From contig CM097885.1 in NCBI GenBank assembly GCA_044892525.1, forward strand, positions 53,694,001 through 53,758,000: a DNA stretch of 64,000 nucleotides, read 5' to 3'. This DNA is from Schmidtea polychroa. Its lineage: Eukaryota. The notes beneath the pieces are model-generated. The model was not told the DNA's origin. It made no database searches and saw only the letters and a program-made list of their open reading frames with translations. This document shows positions 13,441-28,191 of the stretch, in pieces. Position numbers and translations under genes: made by a program. The first letter of the stretch is position 1. Each line of letters starts with the position of its first letter.

Positions 13441-16400
13441 GATGAAATATGTATGGTGGGTTACTGGTGATCAAATATTTTACCTTTTCGTGCTGTTACC
13501 AGTGTAACCCAGAATACAACATTGTTTTACCGCTTGATACCCGTTGAGTAATCAACGTTGGTACTGTATCAAGTGGGTGAGTGCTCGCAAAAAGTGAGCA
13601 CACTAATTGCACTATAATGGTCGGGCACTCTTTGAGTCCACGGACTATCGTTAGAAGATATGTGTCCGATTTACTCATGTCCCTTGTCATCATTGTTTCC
13701 CCAAATATACGTTGATTATTCTGTCCTCAGTCAAACAAATTACATTAAAATACACATTAATTTATTATCTGCTTAATTTAAAAATGTACTCTCAGTTACA
13801 ACACTTTTGATGGTTGAGCCTGGGTTAGATCCTGTTGCTTCTCTTGCCTGCCAACCGGAGTTTCTTTAGTTTTTCGCGGGTATTCCGTCCTAATCGCTTA
13901 AGCTTCGTTTTGTTTGCCGGAGTCGGTGGATTGATTTCAGCCAGCTCTGTTGGCAGCGGGCGGATCTGTGTTGTTGTTGACTCGTCGATAAGTCGTTGGT
14001 TCAGCTTAGTTTCCAACGCGCGTATCTATAGCTTTAGGACACGAATTTCAAGTTGGTCTATCTTTTGATTTTATTCGAGTTTGTTTTTTTGTATTTTTAT
14101 GTTTTTTTGTAATATTTGAGTTAATATTTCTGTAATACTTCTTGCGTTTGTTAGATTTTATTTTAATTTAAATGTTTTTATTTTTTGTTATGTTTCTCCT
14201 AACTATTATTGTTTATTTGATGTTTTATGTTTGCTATTTAACTAAACTTATTGCTACCACTTATTGTGTACCACCACATTTTGTCACCTTTACGAGCTTT
14301 TTAGGTTTAGATATCAGTTCTAGCTCAACACATATGTCTCGAGCCATAAGCTATGACAGATTCTTTTCCATCTTCTGTAATTTGACTCAAAACCGCACCA
14401 ATTCCTGCAATTTAGTTTTAAAATAATCCATTGGCTTTTTTTTAAATCTGGATGTGCCGTTTCAAAATGTAGTAATAATTTGTTATGTTGCTTACTTTTA
14501 TTAGCAAGAATTTCATGGCAAATAACACAGTGGATGTGGATTTTCTTCTTTACTATTCCATTTGAATTTAAATTTTAGAATCATATTTTCTTTTCCTAGT
14601 GTGATTGGTTACTCGTTTCTTGCCAAATTTTCTCTTATTATCAGTTTTTGTCGCTACAGAACCTTCTTTTTCATTTTTGTTTGATTGTTTTTGCCTAGGA
14701 TTCATTTTCAATCACTTATCCGTCGCATCATTGATTCTGTAAAAAATTAATAATAAGAATATGAAGAGCTTAATTTATTACAAAAAATACTAATTAGTAA
14801 AAAATACTTACAATTTATTTTAGATTATATTTCTATTAGATCCCAAATTTCAAAGTTATTCAAAATTATAAATTGTAAATTATGGTAACTATAATTAAGA
14901 TAATTAATAACGAAAATTTATTATTTGCGATAACGATATCTGAATCCCATCTGATGATGATTTGGCTGGCATGCTTGCCGAAAGGTTTTTTCTCTTTTGG
15001 GACTAAGAATTTCTATCTTCATATTTTCTTTTAACTAGATTTCTTGTTATTTGAAAATGTGCGTATCATTTTATTTAGCTTCTTATTTAAACAAGTGGTT
15101 TTTCTTATATCTATGAGGTGGAGGTACTACAATAGCCCCTGCCGAAGTACGCGGAGTGTATGTGTACGGAAGGAAGCGGAAGGGGATCAACTATCGATTG
15201 TATCGACAGCGGGTGGGATTGGTACAACAAGGGACGGTAGAAGTTCGGTAGATGAAAGGGGATCAGTGTCGGTGGGTGGAACATATGGAATTAATACAAA
15301 CATTTACTAAGAATAAGTTTAATTTTGCAAGCAACTAAAAATATAGGCTACAAGCTTTTGCAAAAAATTTATATAAGTAAGTTAATTAAATGCAATACGT
15401 GTACAATGTGTGAATATCATGCATGCACATTTCGGAAAAATCACAGAGTCAGTAAAATTTGACTGAAATTTTTTAATATTTTTAATTCCAGTTTCCATTT
15501 ACAATTTTCATTCTAGTTTAATAACGTGTCAACTAAATTTTGTTAAAATAGTTTGAAATATACTTTGGTTTTTCTTATTCAGTTCAAGATTACATATACT
15601 GTTAAGTTCTGCTATTATTTCTTAATTGAATTATAGTTTTTTATTGAAAATATTTAAAAACTCGAAAAAATTTCGAACTTAAACATAATTTTTTATTATT
15701 TCCTAAATAAGTAAATAATGGAAAAGATAAAACTTTGTTTTGGAATAAAAACAAAAACGACAGAGTAGAGAGGAACAAATGAAGAATAATCCGAAATCGT
15801 TGGACACTTTTTGTTTAAACCTCATCAAGAGAAATTGTCCAATAGAAATCAGGATATTGAAATCAAATCTAAAAAATAAATCCAAACAACTAACTCCACT
15901 GATCCGGAAACTGTAAGTACAATCCAATTGAATCTCTAAGCTGGTCCAATTGAAATAAGTCCAACGATTGAACCGGTCACTGAATCATCATTATATTTTG
16001 ATGACATCACTGACTGGCCAGAAAATATTAACAGAGATTTCATTCACTATTTCATTCAAACACCACTGAGAACCGTTTCCTATAATATAACAAAAAAATA
16101 AATAATCTTACATTATATAACATACTTTCTTTGATTTCACGTTGATGTTCTCATTTTTCTCATCACATCTTATGCTATAGAAATCTGAAAAGTGGAAGAA
16201 AAATTTAAAACTGCACACAAGCTCAACACATACCAAAAACACATACAAACTTTTGATTCATAGAAATGCATTGCTGAGATACGTTTCTATTATAACTTTA
16301 TTTTAGACAATTTTTAGAAAATAAAAATCGCTGAAAATTTTTAAAAATATATTTTTAATGAAAATATCAAAAGCAGATGAATTTGGTTCAATATCTTTTC

Positions 16401-16999
16401 AATTCAGATTTGATTTCCTGAAAGAAGCCCTTCATATTGAGCTCAGAAAAAAAATTAGAAAAATTAAAAAAATCATTTTATTCATATTCGGTGTTTTTTC
16501 CCAAAATGTTTTAGAAAATACATATTTTTGGTAATTGGTTTATTTAATTATAATTAAAAATATATCTGACTCACATATTTTCGAAATAATTCCAAAATAC
16601 TTAAAAATAATTGTCATAAAATTCCAAAGAACCCTGAAAATTAATTAAAAATAATTTATAATTATAATGTTGACTAAAATTAAATTTAAGAACTTGAATA
16701 ATGATCTCATATCTATATGGATCAAAATTCAAGCCTTAAAATTTATTTAAAATTAAAAATCTTACCTGAAATCCATTTCTAAAATGGCTAAAATAAATTT
16801 CCAAAATACATTCATGATGAGCAATTCAGTAAATGCTAAATTGATAAATTGATGAAGATGATTAATTTGTAAATAAATTAGTGAGTGATCAATTGCTTTA
16901 CACGCCAACCACCACTATAGAGAATGCATCTCAGAGGTGTTTGGTATTTTATAAGCCAATAATGTCCAAAAAAATTTGAGCAAGTATCCCGAAAATTCG

Positions 17000-17640
17000 C
17001 AAAATTTATGTTTTTCTATTCTTTATTTCCACCGAATTATGGATAATTTTTGAAAATTAGGAGATCGTAGTTAATTTATTCGAAAAGGCTAACAAAATGT
17101 TTTGTTTTTGCTGTAAAATATTTACTCCGAAGCCTGTTACGTTGGTTCGAAATGGTTCTAATGATTGGCGACATATTTCTCAAATTTAAAAAGACGTGAG
17201 CGAAGTATTGAACATTTTGACTGCTTCAGCAAATGGATGAAACTAAAAAATCGATTGCAAAAAGGGGTGTCACTGGATACCATAATGAGAAAAATCCTGA
17301 AAGGGAAGTGGAACATTGCGACGTGGTGCTTAAAAAATTAATTTTTTTAACAATGAGGATGGAAAAACAAAACATTGAATTCAGAGAAACTTTTATGACG
17401 ACCATAACAAAAACTTTCTAAAGATTTTAGAATTTTTAGTCGAATTTGATCTGGTTACGGAGAACAATCTGTAAAGGGCAAAAGGAAAACTAATTTCTAT
17501 GCACATTATAGGAAAAGAAATCCAGAATTAAATTATGGATTTGATTGGAAATTGCATCCAAAGCAAAATTGTTGAGAGGGCCCAAAAATATGTGTGCTAT
17601 TCAATTATTGTTGATTATACCCCAAATGTCAATGCTGATT
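17000..17640 (+). pseudogene. Highly decayed hAT (ZMYM1/Tip100-like) transposase fragment
   Basis: Broken frames give KMFCFCCKIF, GSNDWRHIS, HFDCFSKW and YSIIVDYTP, matching the order in the 38-39 kb transposase. Confidence 0.6.
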
Positions 17641-19029
17641 TGATGTAATAATATGCACATTTAATACGAAAAATTAATTATCGAATTTTTGGTGACCGCC
17701 TTAAGTTGTTTCGTGACTCATACATTGGGAACCACTGTTGTATAATAAAGGTTCTTAGTTCTTATCAAAGAACCTTATTTATTGTAATTATTGTTAATGT
17801 AACACACACATTTAATATTGGTTAGTATTTTATATTATTGAGCCTTTTATTTTTTGTCATTTATTTTTTCTTTTTAAATTATAAGAAATAGTAATCTACG
17901 CAAGTGGGTATATAATAGGCATAAAACACAACAATACATAGAATTTCCCTTTTCTCTTATTGTATTATAAAATTTTACTGTTAACCACTAGAGAATACGA
18001 ATTGGATAGCTTAGATTATAAAACTTTTCAATTAATCGTGTTTTTTTAGATATTTATTAAATTTATTGAAAAAGCAAGTGGTCGATTCAGTAAAGTGTTC
18101 GCACCAAATTATCCATCTCTTCAACATAATAGATTAAGTTTATAATTTCTTTTTTATGTCAACACAAAAATGAGTTATTTTACAGTTAAAATGTCCATAT
18201 TTTTGTCTTTCTTAAACGTTGACTCAGAAAATTAAAAATTTGAATTTACTGTGGTGTTGAGTAGAACTGCATAAACACTCTCTAGAAAGCTCCTAAAAAG
18301 TTAGAAGAAATCGATACATTTAAAAAACAAATCTAATCTATATTTCATATGATTCCAATGTGTAATTGAAATATACAATATTTTCTCTTAACTAAACATT
18401 CGGCCTTAACTATTTAATTTGAAATTTTTGGCCCTCGAGGCTTCTTAAGTTGTGAAGGCCTGCTCTGTTATATGAGATATCGAATTCGCTTATTTTGATT
18501 GGAGATGACACAATAGTTTCAGTTTTACGTTTAATTGTCATTTTATAATCAACTTTTTACAAAAGAAACCATATTTATATAATTCCGTCTACTGGTTCAT
18601 TCCAATGTATTCCAATAAGGCAGGGTTCAGTAAAACTGGTATATAATTTCGTCCAATCTAGTATAACAAATTTGCTTTTCAATAAATTTAAAATTATTAA
18701 TAAGCTCTAGTCACGAATTTTGTTTTGTAATTATAGATAATGCGAATTTGTTGTTCAACAATATTACCTCAACATCACTAAATTTGATTCTATTTTAATA
18801 AATATAATTTTTTATAATATTTATAAGTAATTGCATTTGTAATTGAATCTTATCTTCAGGCTCACTCGAAATACTGGTGCATTTAAACACAATAATTATT
18901 ATTATTAAATCAATTATTATATTGATCAATAAATTCATTTTTAGATATTTGATTTCTATTGGTTAATACAGTTGTATTTGACAAATTACAGCCAATCTGA
19001 ATTTCTGTATCTACACACCCGCATTACAG

Positions 19030-22000
19030 ATGAGCTGTAAATTTGTCATGCATGTGGCAATTTGGAAATTCTTAATCTCTGGACTTTTGTTAACAAATAT
19101 TCCAGTTATTCAATCACATCAAAATGCAATTAATTGTACAGATTTATTTCATTCAAATGTGGATCAGAATAAATTGGAATATGCTAAAAAGTGGCTGCCA
19201 TTGCGAAATGAAATCTTGACAGATTCTCAAATTTATGAAAAAGTACATCAAAATTGTCAAAAATTTTTAAAGGATCAAAAGTATTTTCTCAAATTTCCTA
19301 ATTCCATCGAAGAGGAAAATTTTCGAATCGCATTCACAATTGTCACATTTCAAAGTGCATCTCAAGTCGAAAGATTATTGAGAACGATTTATCGACCTTG
19401 GAATTATTATTGTATTCATATCGATAAAAAATCTGATAAGAGATTTACAGAAGCTCTTGAAGAATTAGTGAAATGTCTCAATTCCAAATATAAAAACATT
19501 ATCAGTACAGTCAAACGGGTCGATGTTCAATGGGGTGAAATGTCTGTATTAATGGCAGATTTGAATTGCATGAAAGAACTTTTTGAAAGATATAAAGATT
19601 GGAAATATTTGATAAATTTGACCGGACAAGAATTCCCATTAAAAACGAACAAGGAATTGGTTAAAATTCTCAAAACTTACAAAGGTGCAAATAATTTAGA
19701 AGGCACTTATAAAAGGCGAAACGAAAATCGAGTTCCAACTGTAAAAATGCCTTTCCCTGTAAGTATTTAAATATATATTTTTAATTATTTTAGTAAGCAC
19801 TGTGAACACTAATTGGAAATTTAACTACATCAGAAATACATCAAATTTAATATTAAAACCAAATATCAATTGACTATATATGTATTATGTAATGTGAATA
19901 AAATCATATACATATCTAGGTGCTCAATTGTGCTTTGGTGCGTTAATACACTTAAATACAGTTTGTTGGTTAGAAGTAACTATATTTGCATTTATTCACA
20001 AAGAGTGAATTGACCTTAAAATCCATTAAAATAATCAATGACGGTTATCTTATTTTAGTGAATCAATTTTTGATTCATTTTTTATTACTTATCTAGCAAA
20101 ATGACTAATGCGATACTTATCAAGAATTTATCGTTTAATAAATTCGTTATTTAAATTGATGATTGGCGAATGGCCAGTTGATCAAATAAAGCAATATATA
20201 ATTTGTGAACGTTTGCGAAGCTCCGAGAGAAACCAAAGATAAAATCTAAGTGAAATTAAGGAAAATTACAAAAAAAAATTATCTATTTTATAGATAATTT
20301 CGAGAGAAAGGTGCAAATACAGTGACGAGTTGTAATTGTGATAAAAATTGAATAATGTGTTCTGTGTTGGGTTTTATTTATTCGATTACTATAGTAAAGG
20401 ACGAAACTAACAGACTTGTTAAATAATAATTCAACAACAATATATCATTTTTATTAGTAAAATCCTTTTATGGGTCACCTTTGATCTGTTTCTGTTAACA
20501 TTTCATTTATCTTTTTTTAATTTTCCATCTATTGCTATTTCCTGGTAAGCAGCATCAATTAAATGTTAAAGAGGTTAATGATAATATAAGGTTTTTACTG
20601 CAAAGTATATTGAATAAAATTAAAAAAATTTGGATTATAACAACAATCGTTTTCAATTACTTGGAATTTAGATGTTTCAATTTTCAAATTCTTTCCTATC
20701 TTCTCATTGGTTGAAATAAATAAAATATCTCAAAATAAAACTTTTCAAGAATTCGAAATAGTTTTTAATTTTTTTAATAAAAAATATCATAACAGTTGTC
20801 TATAAAATTTTTTTAATAACTTTCATTGATTTCTTTATTAGTGTTGACTGTTGGGTGAGACTTTTTTGGATGTTGTCACTGGCTAAGATTTTAATTAAAA
20901 TATATTTTTTTCATTCCTTGGTTGACATTGTCAAAAATGTCTGTATAGCGAGGGTTTTCCAGCAGAATTTAAATGTTCTTTAACGCTTTGGTGAATATTC
21001 TTGAGGGTACTTCCTATATATATTTCTTTGCATACATTGTACATGTTGAAGTTTAATTGATGTTCATATTTTTCCATTTCAGTAAATCGATCGGCTATCC
21101 TTTGTTTCTCAATTTTATGAAATTTACTTATATATTTCTTTGCATACATTGCACAAGATGCCGTATACAACAGCTTATGTTGTTATACAGGGCTTCCCTC
21201 AATGTGCAAGTGATATACAAATAGGAAGGCCAGTGTGTTTAAATTCTTTATTGATCTTGAAGTCGAATATGTCGCTGATGAATGCAATATACAGATAAAG
21301 GTCTTTTTGGATTGTCTAGAACTTTGTTGAAGTTTAATTGCTGTTCATAGTTCTTCTCCTCTCCAGTAGATCGATTAGTAGATTAGTAGATTAGTAGTAG
21401 ATAGATTAGTAGATCTTTTGTTTCTCTTTTTCATGACATTTACTTTCTCTAAGTATGGAATTGCTGATCTTTAGCGCATAAGTATTTCCTTGAACGCTGT
21501 TTTTTTGGAGAATCTGTAGGTTAGAATATCTACTTCTATTTTAATTTTTAAATTCAATTTATTGAGATATCCATCTTCTTCCGAATATTCGTTTTGAAAC
21601 TTAATATCTTGGTGAACTGCATTGAATATATGAAATATTTCTTCCGCTTCTTTAGTTCAGTAATTGTTTTAAGATTTGTAAATGGAGCCAACTTGTTTTA
21701 GTGTTAGTCCATTTTTGTTAGACACAATATGTCTAATTTTGATAACTGAACCTTTGTGAGTTTTTATTAGATTGTAGAAGTTGGGAGATCGGATTTTTTT
21801 GTAATGAAGCATTTAGTTATTTTATTCCCGAGGCGCATTACTGCGGCGATGCCTTTCAATACTTAGTTGATTTTCATTTCGATGGTGTCTGATGACATGC
21901 TACTATGTATGTATGACATCCTGTATGTATCAATGTCGCCAAGATGTTCGTTTGCAGCTTCAAAGTAAAGAATTTTCTCTATGATGCAAAATTCTCTTCC

Positions 22001-23434
22001 CTTGTTAATGTGTAGATAGTTAAAAATGCTAATATTTATAGCAAAAAATATTTATTGCTAATTTAGTTTGACGGGAAAATCAAATATTTAAATAAATGAT
22101 CTGACAAAAGTTTATTCATTCTAAAACGAAAAATTTCAATATATAGGTTATTCAATACTGATGGGACATAATATCCCAATAATTAACACTATTGGAACAT
22201 GTAAGTCCCGTTTTTATTTTTGGAAATAAAAAAACTCATAAAAACTATTGCTGCACACTAAATAAATAAAATAAAATTATAAATAGCTTACTTGGCAATT
22301 CCGAGCACAGCACATATTAAAACACAGTAATAAGCGTGACACGTGTCTACTGTTTGTTAGCAACATCTAGACTGATAAAATTTTATAGAAAAGAAAAAAA
22401 GCAAACAGCAACAAAGCAGACAGGTTTGGACTTGTTTACGATCTTATGACCGTACAGTACTAAATCCCAGATCCCAATGCATTTTTAAGCATTTAAATTA
22501 TTTTAGTAATTATTAGAAATTCTCTGGAACAATATGTCCCTACAGTATTGAAAGGGTTAAAGGAAACATTAAATAAATCAGTTGTTTTCAATTTTTTTCA
22601 TGACCTACAATATTTTAACATTATGACATTTTTTTTTAAAGTAGCAACTTCCTCATGATTCTTAACTTAAAATATTACCAAATACAATGTCAATTGAAAA
22701 GAAATCAGAGGTGAAAATCGAAAGAAGTTTTTTTAAAAATATATTTATTATAAGAAAGCGCAACTCAAACATTCATATTATTAAATCGTTGCCATGTATA
22801 ATTAAATATTTATTATAAGAACTTTTTTTTTAAATTTCACCACTGATTTATTTTCCATTGTATTTATTCAAATATATTAATATTTAATTTTTAATTTTAT
22901 AATTAAAATTTATTTTGCTAGCTAATATGGTATAAAGGATCAGTTCACATCACAGGCAATCGGGATTTTATAAAATTTATTTTTGAGTCTCCAAAGTCAC
23001 AAGTTCTTTTAGAAGCTTTAAAGGGTCAGCATATTCCTGATGAACAATTTTTTGCAACACTCAATCACAATCCACAATTCAGAATTCCTGGCTCATTTAT
23101 TGGAGATCCCGATGATCTTGAGCTAGAGAAAGAACCGTTGATTAATTTTATGACGAGATACAAAAATTGGGGAGGATACTCTTGTGAAAGTCAATTGAAA
23201 GTAAGAGGAATTTGTATTTGGGGAGTTGGAGATATACCAAAACTTGTAAAAGTCCCTCACTTATTTGCCAATAAGTTTTATGAAGATTTTCAACCAGGCG
23301 CTCTGAGATGCATGGAAAAATGGTATTACAATAAAATTGACAAGGAAATTCAGAAAAAATCCAGTGTTGTAATCAATGAAACCTTTTATAGTAGATTACC
23401 ATTTGTTGTTCATCAGTTTGTACCACCAATTTAA
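19030..23434 (+). CDS. Core-2/I-branching beta-1,6-N-acetylglucosaminyltransferase (GCNT-like, GT14); exons 19030-19758 and 22922-23434, ~413 aa
   Basis: FRIAFTI, RLLRTIYRPWNYYCIHIDKKS, VQWG, WKYLINLTGQEFPLKTN. Donor GTAAGT at 19759 and acceptor CTAG at 22918-22921 join in phase 0 to LIWYKGSVH..IPDEQFFATLN..C..RGICIWGVGD..LFANKF. Confidence 0.9.
20880..21660 (-). mobile_element. Penelope-like retroelement fragment (RT C-terminus plus GIY-YIG endonuclease) in the GCNT intron
   Basis: CKEIYIGSTLKNIHQSVKEHL..SLYRHF; upstream FNAVHQDIKFQNEY..YLNKLNLKI. Confidence 0.75.
22151..22556. mobile_element. piggyBac-like MITE (left end eroded)
   Basis: Inverted pair TTCAATACTGATGGGACATA ... TATGTCCCTACAGTATTGAAAGGG|TTAA; a related inverted copy lies at 27599-27818. 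Confidence 0.65.
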
Positions 23435-23719
23435 TAATTTTTTAACTTGAATTTTTATTTTGATATTCATTTTTCAAGTTTGTAGAAACAATCAAATCTA
23501 TAGAAATTCATCATTTTGAAGAACATTTTCTGAAAACTGAAATATATTCATAATTTCTAACGATTACTAGAACTGATTTTTTCATTGTTTGGCGTAGGCT
23601 GCTAAATTGTTATAATATTAAATAATATGAAAATAATAATATGAAATTGTTTGTCCTGTTTTTGTTTTCCCGTCTAAAGTTATTTACTTTGAGTATTGGT
23701 ATTCGAATTTCAAAGACAA

Positions 23720-25600
23720 AATTAAATAAAAATTTTTATTAAATTAATTTCAAAGACAGATTTCAATTAACTTCTACTACTAATAATAATAGTAAATAAG
23801 GGTTATATTCGGTAAATAAGTAAATGAAGGGCTAAATTTTAAAATTAAGTAATAAATTTTGAAAGATGATGAAAATTGGTAATAATTAAAAGTAAAGTAA
23901 ATTAAGGTCTAAGTTAATTAGATAAATTAAGGTTAAATTTTAAAGATAAGTAAATAATTAGTTAAATTAAGTAAAATAAGGCTAAATTTTATAATTAATT
24001 AAAAGATTTGAAATAAGTAATATTTTTAATTAAAGTAAAGTAATATTTTAAAATTAAAGTAAGTGTAATAACAACCAACAAACAACTAGCTACTAATAGA
24101 TTCGTATCAACAACTAGGTACTAACAACTAGGTTCCAACAACAAGAAACCAACTAGGGACCAGATACCAAGTACTAACTAACCAGGCGCCTACGCAGGAT
24201 GAATCCATGGGGGGGTTATATATATTATTTTTATATATATAGAGAGAGGGGGTTTTATATATCGGCATTCGGAATATTTCTTAAATTGTTTTAAGTTTAT
24301 ATATTTATTGATTATAGTTTTTTATATTGTTGTTGGAATCATGGGGGGGGGGGTTAAACCCCCAGTAACCCCCCCCCCCCTGCGTACGCGCATGTAACTA
24401 ACTCTCAAGCAACTAAATATAAAATATAAAGAATAATTATCTTTCGATTTTGGTATTCATTAGTAATTTTTTAGAGTTGATTTTTTTAGGAAATATTAAC
24501 TTAAACCTATTTAAAATTCTAGAATCTAGACCATTGATCATTTATTTTTAAAATTTAACCTTAATTTACTTAACTTTAAGATTTAGTCCTAAATTTACTT
24601 AATTTAACCCTTTATTTACTTAATTTAGCTATTGTTTACTAAATATACCCGCTGATTTACTTAATATTAAAATGTATCACTTAATTTACCTATTTAACCA
24701 ATAATTTCACGTGGTCATCTGCTTGTAAGTACTTGGTATCTAGTTGATAGTGCTTAATAGTTGGTTGTAAGTACATGGTAGCAAGTTGTAAATACTTAGT
24801 ACTTGGTTGATAATGCTCAGTATCTCGTTGTTGTTGGTTTTTAGTACTTGGTTGTTGTTAGTATCTAGTTAAAAATACATAGCAGTTTATAGTTTGTACT
24901 TGGTATCTGATTGTTGAATTATTATTACTATTATTATTAGCAAAATTTGCATTTTAAATTGTCTTTCAATTTTTTTTATAAAAATTTCCATTTAAAATTA
25001 TCTTTGAAAATTATTTCATAAAAATTTTCATTTCTCAAACTTTTTGATAATAAATTTAAAATTAATTTAATTTACTTTAATTTACTTATTACATTAATTA
25101 CTTTAATTTTAAAATATTATTTTAATTCAAAATGTTTAACTTTAATTTACTTATTTAAAGTTCTGGACCATTGATTACTTTATTTTAAAATTTAATCTTA
25201 ATTTACCTATTTATCTTAATTTACTTAGCCATAATTTACTTTAATTAAAAACTTTAGACCATAATTTACCTATTTAAGCCCATAGTTTCTTTAATTTAAA
25301 ATTCTAGACCATAATTTAATTTAATTTAATTTTTTAGAGCGTTATTTTATTTTAATTGAAAATTTGAGGCCATAATTTACTTTAATTTTAAAATTTGAGA
25401 CCTACTTAATTATCTTACTTAATTATTTACTTAATTATCCTTGTATTAATTAATTTAACATTTTACCCCATAATTTACTTAACAACCAAATATAACCCTT
25501 ATTTACATATTTAATCAATAATTTCATGTGATCATTGATTAATTGACAAAGATTAACATCTAAATTTAACATTGAAAAATATTTCATAAAAATTTCAATC
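23720..25600. repeat. Scrambled foldback of the same AT-rich terminal-repeat family seen at 1-840
   Basis: GTAAATAAGGGTTATATT near 23790 is the reverse complement of AATATAACCCTTATTTAC near 25490. CAACAACTAGG repeats at 24060-24180 are inverted relative to 24720-24910. Confidence 0.6.
24183..24394. mobile_element. hAT-type MITE, 212 bp
   Basis: TIR CAGGCGCCTACGCAGG / CCTGCGTACGCGCATG; perfect 8 bp TSD TAACTAAC at 24175-24182 and 24395-24402. Confidence 0.88.
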
Positions 25601-25609
25601 TTGATAATT

Positions 25610-27598
25610 TAGCTATTCGAAAGTATTCGTCATTGAAAGGATTTGAAATCCAATTGTTTCCTACATCTGGTTTGTGAAAATACTTCTCGAAATTTGATTT
25701 TAGCTCTTTTAAGTGTTCAGATATGTTGTTTCTCAATTCTCTGGAGAGGCAAAATTTATTCTCTTATAGGAAATTGTGCAAAGTTTCAAATACCTCCAGT
25801 TGAACGTTTTCAATACACGTTTTCCAAAAATTAATTTTTTTAATCATTGATTCAATTTTATCCGAGACATTGATTATCGATATGGAGTTATTTTGAAGTG
25901 CTACATTTAGATGGTTTGTACGTAGGAAAATGTCTGATAAATGCGCAAGCGTTTGACGCCAATTACAGTCGTGAAACTTGGAAGTAAGTTGAAAAGGATG
26001 TTCTTCGAAGAAGACCTGTACTTCAGGTTTAAGCTTGAACAATCGGATAAGGACCTTGCCTCGAGATAGCCACCTTACTTCTGTATGATATAGCAGAGTA
26101 GAATGAACACTATCAAAATCTTCACAAAGAGCTTTAAAAATTCTCGAGTTGGTTGAACTTGACTTTAGAAAATTAACCACTTTCGTAGCTTCGTCAAGAA
26201 CAAGCTTCATTTGCACTGGAAGGTGCTTAAATGCCAAACTTTGCCTGTGGATGCAACAGTGACTCCAACTTATTTTGGAAGCTATCTTCAAGACTCGACT
26301 GCATAGACCGGAATAAATACCTGACATAGACTTGCCACCATCGGTACAAAGCCCACAGCAATTAGACCAATTTATGCCTTTTTCTTGGAAATAATAATCA
26401 ATAGCTTTGAATATATCCTCACCTGTTGTGTGTTCTGACAGAGCATGACAAATTAAAAGTTTTTCTTCGGATTCATTGTCTTTTAAATACCTCGCAATAA
26501 CAAGCAAAATAGCAAAATTAGCAACATCCGTACTTTCATCAACTTGTATAGCGAAAACCTTACTATTTTTAATTCTATCAATCACTGTTGCCTCAACATT
26601 ATCAGACATATCCAAAATTCTTCGAGATATTGTATTGGTTGAAAGAGAAATATTTTTTATTTCTTGCACATGTTCTTCTCCAAGCATACACCGAACAGCA
26701 TCTTCTATGCATGGTTGAATTTGATTATTTGCAATTGTATGATTTTTACCACACGCAGCAATATGGTAACTAATGCGGTAATTAGCTTCAGTCGCATTTT
26801 TGTTATCTTTATTAGCTTGCAGGATGTACGATGTCAAAACTGACATCTTCAAATTTTGAGATGCTAAGCGTTTAGAAAAATCATATTCTTTGTTTTTATG
26901 ATTGGCATATTTTGTTTGGAGATGACGTAAAAGCAGGGAGGGTTTCATACTGCCATTTCATAGCACTTCACCACATACTACACGTTTGGGTTTAGGGCTG
27001 TCTTCATCTCCTGTATATGAAAATCCATATTTCACATATTCGGCGCATTTTCCGTGTTTTGTATTTGTACTTGTGTTTTTGATGTGACTTGAGAAGTACT
27101 AACTAATTCGTCACTTTCTAGTGTATGTTTATTGTTTTTTATTGTACCAGCTTTCAACCACTGATCCATATTTAATCCTAAATTCATTTAGAATTTAATT
27201 TAAGTTTGAAATTAAAATAATGTTAAAACTTACCGATTGAAAATAAAATTGTTATTAATTAGTAATATTATTACTGTAATAAGAATTGTGTAATCGCAAA
27301 AAACGAGTATTAAATTTGTCACACTACAATAGACACGCTTTGTAACAATGGGTCCATTTGAATTCTAACACAACCCGTTGTAATGTGATGATGCAATTCC
27401 GAGGGGCACACATAACTTTGAACAATATTTTGTGTATAGATAGTGAGCTCTAAAACAATTTTTTTATCCAATATTTGCCACCGCTTTGAAACTAAATTGA
27501 GACGGGAGTTATATTTTTAACATCCGCCATTACTAATATTTTTTCGCGTACCCCTAAGCCATCAAGGGGGTACGCGTACCACGGGTTGGAAATCGCTG
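25610..27598 (-). mobile_element. hAT Buster/Charlie-type transposon, 3'-truncated; transposase ORF 25764-26948 (ZBED5/SCAND3-like)
   Basis: MKPSLLLRHL, FAIQVDESTD, CTDGG, HCCIHRQSLA, LLYHTEVRWLSRGKVL. 5' TIR CAGCGATTTCCAACC ends at 27598; the flank CTGTAAGG fits NNNTANNN. Confidence 0.92.
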
Positions 27599-27818
27599 CT
27601 GTAAGGACATATTGTTCTATATAATTTTATAGACTATTTTAGTACTGTACGGTCATAGGCTCGTTAACAAGTCCAAACCTGTCTGCTTTTTTGCTGTTTG
27701 CTGTCTGCTTTTTTTATTTCTATAAATTTTGTCAGTCTAGATGTTGCTAACAAACAGTAGACACCTGTGCTATAAATATTACATGAATTATTAAAATAAA
27801 AAAATCGTTTTGAAAGGG
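27599..27818. mobile_element. piggyBac-like MITE remnant into whose TIR the Buster element inserted
   Basis: Reverse-complement match to 22340-22545 (GTACTGTACGGTCATA..AACAAGTCCAAACCTGTCTGC); ends in GAAAGGG|TTAA. Confidence 0.65.
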
Positions 27819-27822
27819 TTAA

Positions 27823-28191
27823 CTTACTTTAATTTAAAATTTAAGACCATAATTTACCTATTTATCCTTAAATTAACATGCTTTTTTATTGAGGATTCCT
27901 TTTTGTATTGAAAATTTCAGGACCAAGGAGACCCACCCTACTTATACTCAGAAATATCCATGCTTTTTTAGTATTGACTGATATTTGTATTGAAAATCCC
28001 AGGATAAATCGAGACTCCCTCACTATAATTAGCAAAAACATGGTTTTTTTGTTATAGGAATTTTTTTGTATTGAGAAGCCCAGAAAAAAAGAGTGACACA
28101 CTGCAGCAATTACGTAACCGCTTGATTAAAGAAATAATTGCGGCAACCCCCCGCCGGATGATTGTGCTGTAGGGGCCACTAACTACCTACT
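27823..28191 (-). mobile_element. Second copy of the Polinton-like terminus (…GGGGCCACTAACTACCTACT)
   Basis: Homologous to ~1450-2406 without the 60 bp tandem expansion. Confidence 0.55.

Noticed and set aside
14945..15005. CTGATGA...GCCGAAA as a hammerhead
   Set aside because: Stem II does not start adjacent to the core, and there is no convincing stem III or cleavage site
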